Positions 50,501 through 61,302 of a DNA stretch of 64,000 bases are shown in pieces. The stretch lies in assembly GCA_002269645.1 (NCBI GenBank), contig NIVC01002583.1, positions 1 to 64,000 of the forward strand, given 5' to 3'. Made by a program: the position numbers and the translations under genes. The stretch's first letter is position 1. The number at the start of each line of letters is the position of its first letter. Source of the stretch: Macrostomum lignano (taxonomy: Eukaryota). A model generated the notes under the pieces. It ran no database searches. It was not told the origin of the DNA and was given only the letters and a program-made list of their open reading frames with translations.

Positions 50501-51513
50501 TGTTTGGCTGTGCTATAATTGCTGTTGTGAAAAAAATTAAAATATTAGACCCTATTTGATAGTAATATCTTGGTCGCATTTCATCTCTTTGGAATCGGTG
50601 TCACTGAGTATGCTAGTCGCTTTTGTGGAAAAATTAAAATTTTCTCCTGTCATTGTGAAATCATACATGAAATGATGGCTTCATCGCCTTCTACAATTTA
50701 ATATTAGCCATTTGAAATGATTGCATAAATCCGAAAAAAAACTATACGAATAGGTCACTTAAACAAACAAACCGCTGCATTATACAGCGTGGTGACAAAA
50801 ATATGTAAAAAGCGATCCAATAATTATTTAGAATAAAAAATATTAAAAAATTTTTTGTGAATGCTCGACAAATGTGACTAAATTATTTTTCGAAATTTAA
50901 ATATCTACTTCAGGGTGCTCACACTCGAGATTTCTGAAAAAAACTTTGCAGTTGTTTAAATAATTCCGTAAAAATCTCTTAAATAATTGCAAAAAAGCTT
51001 TAATATAGCAATCAAGCAAATTACTTCTGCCTTCGGATCAGTCAAACAGGTCTGTGTCCCGTTCATATGTAATAAATGTTCTTCGATCATTTACACATGT
51101 AGGTTAATTGACGGAGACTTGATTTGTATGCTATATACTTTGTATAAAAAAGCAATTTTTTATACGAGTATTTAAGACTTTTTCTCAAGCAATCTCAACT
51201 GACAATACGAGCTAAGAAATTATGATAGTTGAAAAACCAATTTTTAATGAAATTTTTACACTTTGTTGCTTGCTCATGGTTTGTTTATCTACGTTGACTG
51301 GCAACTTACTATAAGACAGTTGATTATTTGAAAAGACAAAAAATTTTCCTGAAAGTCGTTTTTTAAATTTAGTGAGAAACATTCATACACATGCATTATT
51401 TGCACTGCGGGTTGGAATTTGACGCTTTTGTCTACCGACGCCGTGCCAGCTTTTGTGGTTTTAAATTGCTGAGTATAAAACTTTAGGACTACGATCTCTG
51501 AAGGCCTACATTA

Positions 51514-52083
51514 ATGCCGCGTCTTTCATGCTCCTTCAGCAGCTCTCCCAACCCAATGTCTTCCGAAGCACCTGGAAACTCTGCCTGGAACGCCAGCAGG
51601 CACAAGAAGGGCATCTTGAAGACGCAGTTTGTCGGAGAAACCGCCGCCGCACTTCAGGGCGGCCAGTCGCCAGCCACGCTCCAGGCTCCGGACCCGGACT
51701 GGCCGGGTCCGACATCGCAGCAACACCGGCGCACCAGCTTCAGCGATATCGCCGTGGTTGCCGTCACGGACGCTGCCGATGCCGACCCTGCAGACGGCGG
51801 CAGCAGCAGCAGCAGCGGCGGCGACCCGCTCCCCGCGCCGGTGGTTCTTCAGCGGCAGCGGATGGACGATCCGCAGCACGACGCCGACATCGACGAGGAA
51901 GCGGCCGGACTCACCGAGGAGGAGCGGCAGCGCAGGCGGGAGTTCCTGGAGAAGCGGAGGCGGCACTGCCACCAGTACCAGGCCGCGGCGCTCCTGCAGG
52001 CCGCTGCCCGAGCCTCAGAGGAGGACGCCGCTGAGTCCGTCGAGATTGCTGATCGGGCAGCAGCGGGCGATCAGGAAAAGTGA
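51514..52083 (+). CDS. PPP1R2: Protein phosphatase 1 inhibitor-2 (IPP-2)-like protein, intronless, 189 aa
   Basis: KKGILK (SILK-type PP1 docking), RRTSF.D (RVxF-position motif), acidic stretch and EEERQRRREFLEKRRRH matching the I-2 'F..KRK.HY' helix. GC-rich coding composition. Confidence 0.7.
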   Translation: MPRLSCSFSSSPNPMSSEAPGNSAWNASRHKKGILKTQFVGETAAALQGGQSPATLQAPDPDWPGPTSQQHRRTSFSDIAVVAVTDAADADPADGGSSSSSGGDPLPAPVVLQRQRMDDPQHDADIDEEAAGLTEEERQRRREFLEKRRRHCHQYQAAALLQAAARASEEDAAESVEIADRAAAGDQEK

Positions 52084-52329
52084 ACTCATGTCAAGTTGAC
52101 ACTTTTAAATGGATTTTTGGATAATTTGTTCGATAGACACAAAACTAAACTGCTTTTTTGCCCACACAGAGTAACGTGAGGATTTCTATCATTTGATATA
52201 AGCTGATGCTTGTTTTCTGTTTGTGATAGTCTTGGGCACAGAAATTCATAGGAGAGTATAGGAGATAGGAGATAGCGACCTTACACTTGGGCTAAGGGGC
52301 TGGGAGCGGGGAGACAGGAAAAGGGGGAG

Positions 52330-53260
52330 ATTAATCAAGGATAAAGACGAAGATATCTCAGATGAGACAGATCAGGGGTATAGAGGAGAGGGAGGGTAAG
52401 ACAGATCAGGGGTAGAGGGGAGAGGGAGGGTGAGACAGATGAGGGTATAGAGGAGAGAGAGGGTAAAGCAGATGAGGGTAGAGAGGAGAGAGAGGGTGAA
52501 GTAGATGAGGGGTAGAGAGGAGAGAGAGAGGGTGAAGCAGATGAGGGGTAGAGAGGAGAGAGAGGGTGAAGCAGATGAGGGGTAGAGAGGAGAGAGAGAG
52601 GGTGAAGTAGATCAGGGGTAGAGAGGAGAGAGAGGGTGAAGCAGATGAGGGGTAGAGAGGAGAGAGAGAGGGTGAAGTAGATCAGGGGTAGAGAGGAGAG
52701 AGAGAGGGTGAAGTAGATCAGGGGTAGAGAGGAGAGAGAGGGTGAAGCAGATGAGGGGTAGAGAGGAGAGAGAGAGGGTGAAGCAGATCAGGGGTAGAGA
52801 GGAGAGAGAGGGTGAAGCAGATGAGGGGTAGAGAGGAGAGAGAGGGGTGAAGTAGATCAGGGGTAGAGAGGAGAGAGAGGGTGAAGCAGATCAGGGGTAG
52901 AGAGGAGAGAGAGGGTGAAGCAGATGAGGGGTAGAGAGGAGAGAGAGAGGGTGAAGCAGATCAGGGGTAGAGAGGAGAGAGAGGGTGAAGCAGATGAGGG
53001 GTAGAGAGGAGAGAGAGAGGGTGAAGTAGATCAGGGGTAGAGAGGAGAGAGAGAGGGTGAAGCAGATCAGGGGTAGAGAGGAGAGAGAGGGTGAAGCAGA
53101 TAGGGGTAGAGAGGTGAAGCAGATCAGGAGAGAGGAGAGAGAGGGTGAGACAGATCAAGAGTAGAGGGAAGGAGAGGGAGAATGAGACAGACCAGGAGTA
53201 GAGGGAAGGAGAGGGAGAATGAGACAGACCAGGAGTAGAGGGAAGGAGAGGGAGGGTGAG
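52330..53260. repeat. GA-rich ~33-35 bp minisatellite (GGGTGAAGCAGATGAGGGGTAGAGAGGAGAGAGA)
   Basis: Direct reading. Confidence 0.93.
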
Positions 53261-54099
53261 CCGGCAATAGAGTCTAACCGGCAGTAGACCAGAGCAGATT
53301 GTGGTCAGAGCTCAGCTCAAAGCGATCTGTTTGCTTTGTGCAGCGCCTAGAATTCGAGTATTTCAATCACTTTTTATGGCTATTCGGGCTGAAATCCCAC
53401 AGGAGATTCCCTATAGTTAGCCTAAGCCTTCTCACTTACAGGAGCTTAATTAGTAATCCTGCTTGTAGACTTGCCTTTAGCCGACAGAAGTCAGAGTGTT
53501 TAGGATTCGATCCCCGAGGGTGAGCGCTGCGGCTTCCCTTAGCCGAAAATTGTTGCCGCTGCTGTTGTCAAATTGGAGCTCAGCAAGTCCCGAATATCCC
53601 CATCCGATATTCCAGCATGAAGTTGAAAAACTCGCATCTTATCTTGAGCTCATGAGATCTGCAACACTCTCTGATGCGCTACCCAGCTTGCTGTAAAGTG
53701 GAAAAAGCAAGCGAAAAAAATGAGCTGCACGCGGCTCTGATGGTGAATCCGCGGCTCCCATGGGGGTGGCAGCCGGAGTGAGCAGGAGCCACCAAGATCA
53801 TAAATTTGCCAATCCAGTAAAAATCCAGTCTCCATCCTCTTTATTGAAGAAACCGGATCTTGCATCTCAACCCGTCCGGTATGAAATTTCTCGTTTCCAA
53901 AGCTCTGGTAGGACTATTAATGCAGACTGAACTGTGTCTTGAATAGTATGGTTTCTAACGCGTGGCGGAGAATCGAAACAGATTGAGATAGGTGGATGCT
54001 CAACATGTGGAAATTTCTTGTGGGGCAGAGGCACACGCAGCAAATTCATTTGGAGGTGGCAGCAACTCTGAGGGGGGCGCCGGTACTTGGTGTCTTGAT

Positions 54100-54490
54100 G
54101 GGCGCCCCTATCTCCTTGTAGGGCACCCCTACATGTATCTACTAGTAGGGCACCCCTATCTACTAGGAGGGCACCCCTATCTACTAGGAGGGCACCCCTA
54201 TCTTCTAGGTGGGCACCCCTATCTACTAGGAGGGCACCCCTATCTACTAGGAGGGCACCCCTATCTACTAGGAGGGCACCCCTACATGTATCTACTAGTA
54301 GGGCACCCCTATCTACTAGGAGGGCACCCCTATCTTCTAGGTGGGCACCCCTATCTACTAGGAGGGCACCCCTATCTACCAGGACGGCACCCCTATCTCC
54401 TAGGAGGGCACCCCTATCTACTAGGACGGCACCCCTATCTACTAGGACGGCACCCCTATCTACTAGGACGGCACCCCTATCTACTTGGTA
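54100..54490. repeat. 21-bp minisatellite (GGGCACCCCTATCTACTAGGA)
   Basis: Direct reading; 7-aa periodic ORFs on both strands. Confidence 0.94.
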
Positions 54491-56143
54491 GGCAGGCAAT
54501 GGGTAGTCGCCATGCATAGGCCGATGACTTGAACGCCACGTCCACAGGCGGCATAAGTTGAGCTGCTGTGATTCGTCCAGCTTGATTACCTCCTTAGTTT
54601 TAGTTTTTCAGAAGCGCAATTTTGCCTGGTGGTATTTTCTGGGAGCTGGGGGGGGGGGCGGCCCTGGGGTCGGGTTAGGCAAACAAAACTTTTCTATGGC
54701 AAAACCCCCAACTCTCGAATATGCATTCGCGTCCATCCCTTCAGATCATTGATGAGCTCAGCTAATCAATAAACCAATCAAGTCTCTCAGCTTCAGAGGC
54801 TTAACCGAATTCGCCATTGACATTGGACATTGGACTCCTGAGCCAGTTTATTTTGATTACTCAATAAAATATTCCTGTGTCTGCGGTTCTGCATCGAGTG
54901 ATACTAAGCAAAGTTACCCCCGCAGCCGAAATGAAGCAGCGAACCCTCAAATGAAAGCAACAACAAAAGACGTGACAGGAAAACTAGGCCTAAGCAAGAA
55001 GCATCCTTCAGGCGGATGGAGAGACCATAGCTGATAATAACTGGGATAATGAAGAGGTTGAGCGGACGGAAAGGTTGAAGAACTGCTCACTCATTTGCTG
55101 TTGAGAGTCGCTGCATGGGAGCTTTGCTCTTTCATTCCCCCGGCTCATCCCATATTTCCTTACTTGTCCGCCTGCTCAGAACTCATTCCCCACAAAGTTG
55201 CAATTGTTGCTAGTGAATGACAGACAGGCTCCAAAGGAAGACTTAAAGGGAGGCCGACAGTCAAAGAGGGCTCCTTGAAGCAAAAGAAGTGCTTTTTGGC
55301 AAAACTCTTTGAAAGTGGCCCTGTGGGTTCACGAGGTTCCGATTTTTAGCTGATACTACATCTTTTTTTAAAATATTCATTCGCCGTAACTGGCTATTGA
55401 GTTGAGCATATATGTGTAATACTCTTATGTACTTTTCCGAGCTTTGATTTTCAAATACATTACGTGTACCTGATACACTTTTCTTATTTGTCATCGGCAG
55501 AGATACTGAATAAAAAATATCACGTACATTTAGCTACTGCATGTATAGACAGAGCCAGATCCATACTTTCATGCGCAATTTGTGTTTTTCAGTAGGAGCT
55601 CTATAAAGCACGTTTGTATGATTCTGTCGAAGCGAATAAATCATTAAACAGAACTTTCTTGAAAAGCGTACACGTTTAGCAACAGGGTGCCGAGTTTCAT
55701 AAGAATCGTAAAAAATACAAGATCAATAATATAGTATCGAATAATTTGCTCTAAACCATGCACAGACACAGAGTGCGCATAATTATTAATTGATACAATG
55801 GTGTCGGGAAATTTTTAGATCCTTTGTATAAGTATATTGTTTAGAATTAGGAACATGTACTTTACTTAAAATGATTCCCCAAAGGTAATATACACTGAAG
55901 TCGTACCTGTTCTTGTTTGATGTATGATTGTGGCATTCTTTTAAAAAACGATTTATGCTAAGTATGTTTATCATAGAATTTAGCAATTCACTTATAAATA
56001 AACTATATGCATGATGACGGCTTTTTTCGGCAGCAATTTGCACTAAGTTGAAGCCGCGTAGTATTGCTACAATGTAGATAAGATTCAAATGGGGATGCCA
56101 CTAATGCGTCTACTCTCTTTCTCTATAGATCTGTCAATTCAGG

Positions 56144-56321
56144 CCAGGCGCGGATCCAGAAAATTTTTTTTGAGGGCAAGCTTTACCAAGCACTACAACC
56201 TAATATTGGAAAATAGACCTGGCATAGTTGCAGGCCAAAAAGTATGGCCTAAATTTTATTGGCCGCGGGTGAGGGGGAGTATGGCTCCTTTGGCCGCTCT
56301 CAGCTCTGGATCCGCGCCCCT
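56144..56321. mobile_element. Short MITE with GGCGCGGATCCAGA termini
   Basis: AGGCGCGGATCCAGA ... TCTGGATCCGCGCC inverted ends; TSD unclear. Confidence 0.55.
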
Positions 56322-57488
56322 AGGATTCAGGCCTATTTTGAAAAATTCAGGAATATAACCCTAAAAACTCCTGATTTTTATCGAGTCATAAGATTTTGTA
56401 CCGTGTTTCGTGTTTCAGAGTATAACGCGGTAATTTTACCTGGGTGAATTTTATTTTTAACCGCATTCGCGATAACAAAAATTTGAACTTTTTGACATTT
56501 GAACATTTGAACATTTTTTAACAAATACTATACCTATAACTATAAAAATACCTTATAATCAAATAGCAGAATCGATGAGTGTGGTAAAATTGAAAAGTTA
56601 GGAGATTTTCACTAAAATAAATGAACTTTAAAGCCTTCCAATTTTATCATCAAGTTTTGTTGCCACATAATATTATTTCAAATCCGATCTTATAAACTGT
56701 TTACAATTGAGATTTGAGGGTCCAGGGTCCAAAGTATACTTCCGGATTAAGAAAATCTTTCGAGGGCAGGGAAACCTATATTAAGCATTTTCAAAATCAG
56801 TATCATATAGGTCCAAATGAAACGCGACAAAAGACATGGCAAAAAAATGGCCTCAGTACTCAGCGGGATGGGGCATGCACCGCCACCACCCTGGATCCAC
56901 CACCATGGTCACTGGGTATACACATACACAGGCACAGGCAAAATCTTGATGCAAAAAGAAAGTGCCCCGTTAACTTCTTCATTTAATGCCTTGCTTACGT
57001 ATCGTAGAAACAATTATTTAAGGAAAGAATAGTAAAAATTTTACTATCGCTATTATCATTTGTAGGGACTATAGTCTAGATAGCTTAAAAATTTCGTCCT
57101 TTGAGAATACAATCTTTCTCATGGCGAACATGACTCATTGCGTTTGATGGTTATTACAAAGTTCAACGATTGAATATTAAAATACAAAATCTTAATGAAC
57201 CATAAGCAAAGCAAAAAGCTCTCTGCTCTGCTTAACCTGTCTTAGTATCATTTTTTCTGTAAAAATGTTTCGCACGTATAAATACATTAATATTTCATTT
57301 ATATAGTTATATATTTTTCGTGTAAAAGTCTAACTTCTATAGGTTCATAGAAATTATTAAAAACGTATTCTTTAATTTTCCTAAAAATCAAAAATTTTCA
57401 AAAACCAATTAAAATGATTTGCTAAAGCTAAAAGGTCTATTTTAGTATAAGCATAAGTTCTTGCGATAGCAATGTCTATTGTTTGTTA

Positions 57489-60400
57489 TTAGAGGCAGGG
57501 ACTGTGCACTTTGGTGTACTTTAAGCAGCATTGTCTCACAACTAGCAAGAGACATTCTGTCTAGTCTATTCTGCTAGCTCCTCTATGGCTAAATAAATAG
57601 ACACACAGGCATATAGATATCATATGCTGGGTTTTTTTTTTCGCCAGAGATAAGGTGCGAAATCGCACCTTGTGCCAAATTTCAAGGTGCGATTTTAAGG
57701 CTCAGAGTGCAATTTCTCTTGAGTCTTGTTTAGAATGTGAGGGTTTCACAAGAGATATTCAGACAGACATTCGAAACGATCGTCTGTAACTTTAAACAAA
57801 ATTGACCCGCTTCAACCATCTTTTTGGCAAATACTTACGCAAGTGTTGGGCGTCAAATAAGCTTTAATTTATTAACTGAAGTAAAAATCCTTCTGACATA
57901 CATTGATTTAAAAATTGCTTAGCAACACTAGCTCTGATTAGAAATCGCTTTACTATTGACTAAAATTGTTTTGATCGTAGCAGCCTAAAAGCAGATACTG
58001 GATTTAAAAATGCTTCGATTTACTCTATACGCATGTCTCAGCTTTAAAATGACACCTCAGGCATCGCAAAAGACAGCTTTGATGCTGAGATATTCGACAC
58101 TAAACATGCATTGCTTTGCGCAATCTCACATTCAGAGATTTCACTGATTTTTTGTCGATATTTGTGCAGCTGCCGTGTCCTTGTTTTTCATCAGAATCTT
58201 GTCAAATTCTAGTCATGTCCAGTTTAAACCTGGACTTCTCTTAAACTGTCTTAAGTATTTGATTTTTAATGATTCCTGCCTTTATATTGCATAGATTGTA
58301 CCTGAGTCAGTGAGTCTGTGAGTGTACATTTGTACATATGGCAACCAATCATGACTTTTTCACCGCTTTGCGGTTCAAATAAATATACGAGTGTACAAGA
58401 AACATGTTCCAACTGTTATTGAGAGAAATTGACGTCGCGTTTATTAACAGTCAGTGGCAATTAATATGAAGCAAATAGTTTATTGTTATGTTTTTACTTT
58501 TTTTGCGTGGCAATTCTGCTATCCAAATCGGAATGAGGTAAGCGGTGGGAATAAAATAAAAAGGAAGAATTTTTTCTACTGTTGTTGCAACCCAATAGCT
58601 ATATGTACTTCAAACTTTTTAGATTGAACAGGCGATTTCTAATGTACTGCTAAGCTTTCCAATCCCTACGGACTACAGTAGCAGTTCTTAACTTTTTTTC
58701 TGTCTTGACTTCTAGACTCGGAATTCGGAACAACCTAAGGAGCCGCATGAAAATATTTAATTGGATAAAGATATTTTCTAAAAACAGCTCAAGTTGTGAC
58801 ACATCTTCTTCTCACCTCAGTCCATCAACTGCTGCTCCTTCTGAGACCAAAGCGATCGTGAAAGTAAAACAGATCAGTTTAGATCCCATGGCCATGAATA
58901 CAACCATTTCAATTGTGAACCTGCTTCGCTTACAAGTACGAGCACTAGCCTTCCATTTGATGCCATTAGCTCACTTAACTCTGAAATAGTTCAAGGACGG
59001 TTCCAAATGTTGAGATCTGACGTAGAAGCAGTCCAATTTGTGGAAATTTATCAACTGGACTCCATGAATCACTCCAATGAAAGGCGGCGAATAGCTGTAG
59101 AATGCGTAAACAAGTTTAAGTGAGTCACAAAAACCCCATTTACTGTAACTACATACACTTGTACGTTAGCAAGGCTCCATGCGATGGTTAATAAATGGAG
59201 AAGTAGACAAGCATCTGAACAAATATTGAATAAAAATCAGTGAAGTTTCCGAATGTGAGTTTGAGCAAAGCAATGTTTAGTGTCGAATATCTCAGCATCA
59301 AAGCTGTCTTTTGCAATGCCTGAGGTGTCATTTTAAAGCTGAGACATGCGTATAGACATGACTAGAATTTGACAAGATTCTGATGAAAAACAAGGACATG
59401 GCAACTGCACAAATATCGACAAAAAATCAGTGAAATCTCTGAATGTGAGATTGCGCAAAGCAATGCATGTTTAGTGTCGAACATCTCAGCATCAAAGCTG
59501 TCCTCCGCGATGCCTGAGGTGTCATTTTAAAGCTGAGACATGCGTATAGAGTAAATCGAAGCATTTTTAAATCCAGTATCTGCTTTTAGGCTGCTACGAT
59601 CAAAACAATTTTAGTCAACAGTAAAGCGATTTCTAATCAGAGCTAGTGTTGCTAAGCAATTTTTAAATCAATGTATGTCAGAAGGATTTTTACTTCAGTT
59701 AATAAATTAAAGCTTATTTGACGCCCAACACTTGCGTAAGTATTTGCCAAAAAGATGGTTGAAGCGGGTCAATTTTGTTTGAAGTTACAGACAATCATTT
59801 TGAATGTCTGTCTGAATGGGTCTCCCTAAAACACGCCCTGCACCGCCCTGCAGTGCTACACATTAAAACAAATTGGACTATAACTAAAGACACTTCAGAA
59901 TGCGTTTTCTGTTAAGCTTCAAGTTTTTATTAAATTTAGTTTTTTTTACTTTGAAATATAAAATTCGGTGAACAATAAGTGATATTAATAATAATATTAA
60001 TAAAATAATAATATTATAATTTAATAATGAAAATGAGAATATAAAAAATAATATTTAAAAAAAAATAAAGATATTTATTCCATTACTATTTTAACTTTTC
60101 CTTGCAATCAAATACTGCATTGACAAAAAATGTTATAATGTGTAGCGGTTCGGGGCCCGGTGCGGGGCGCGTTTCAGGGAGCCTTTGTCTGAATATCTCT
60201 CGTGAAACCCTCACATTGCTCACATTTCAGACAACTGGGAATGTATATTTTAATATCTTACATAAGGCTATAGCTATAGGCTATATCGCCTATATGACTT
60301 AATAGGATTTAAAGAGTTATTTTGTTTCATATTTTAAAATTTAAGGCAGTGCATAAAAAATAGCTTAAGCATGGTTAAGCCTTTAAAGAAAAATGGTTAT

Positions 60401-60700
60401 AAGACCGCACCTAAACCGCACCTACTTTTTTAATTTCAGGGTGCGATTTTAAAATTTAGGGTGCATACGCACACTCTGCGCACAAAAAAAAACCCTGCAT
60501 ATGCATAAGCATAAGCACATACTTAATATAAAAGTACACATCATTGTACCCTAGGGTTTGGCTTTCAGGGGTTTTAATTGCACAAGTAGACCCAAGCAAA
60601 GATTCTAATCTAGCCCCAAATTAATGTGACTGCACACTTACAATTGAGCCTAGGGCCATTATCATATAAGATTACCACATTAGACCACTAGGCTACAGCC
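57489..60700 (-). mobile_element. Older SINE copy split by the foldback element (tail 57489-57620, head 60504-60700)
   Basis: Both halves align colinearly to the SINE at 48352-48671 (TTAGAGGCAGGG..GTGCAC.. and ..AGCCCCAA.TTAATGTGACTGCAC..CTAGGCTAC). Confidence 0.7.
57627..60497. mobile_element. Foldback-like non-autonomous DNA transposon with long TIRs
   Basis: Ends C(T/A)GGGTTTTTTTTT ... AAAAAAAAACCCTG, flanked by CATATG on both sides. Near-identical ~470-bp inverted arms at 57749-58218 and 59356-59817; a further inverted match 57723-57757 / 60186-60225. No transposase seen. Confidence 0.8.
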
Positions 60701-61302
60701 ACCTTAATAGCAATTAACTATTTTTGCATTGGAGTTTTTGGATTTCTCTGACTTTTTGGAAGGATAGAATACTTTTTATAAAATTTTAGTGCAATTTTAC
60801 TTATAATAACATTTAAAAATGTTTGACATTAAAATATTGTATATTCTCACCGCAATATTAAATTTTTGTTGTCATTACTAGCTCTGGAGCAAAAAATTGC
60901 AGAAATTTTTAATATAAAAATCTTCATTAATAATAATATTAGAATAAATAGATAGGCTACTTAGATTAAAATCCTTACTCTTATGTCACCACCTAGTTCT
61001 TATTTATTGCTCTCACTATATGCTCTAGCTCAAGCTACCATACATTTTAGTAGCAAGTTATTTATTTCTACAAACTCAGTTCTAAGCTTATGTATTCCCC
61101 CTTGCTACTAAACTGAAAGTAGTGAGACTGTTTTACGAAGCATGCACACCATCTCCAAGCTAGTTATCTCTATCCATGAAAAAATCAATGCACTTTTAAA
61201 GAAAAAACTTTGTTGTAGTTAAACTGCAGTTATTAGCAACAGCTATTGTTTATAACTTTTATTGTCATATTTTTTAAACACCCTTCAGCCGCACCCAGCA
61301 AC

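Noticed and set aside
53867-54519. 216-aa and 175-aa ORFs (LLVDRGA / LLGGHPY repeats)
   Set aside because: Driven by the 21-bp minisatellite; the unique portions show no recognisable domain.
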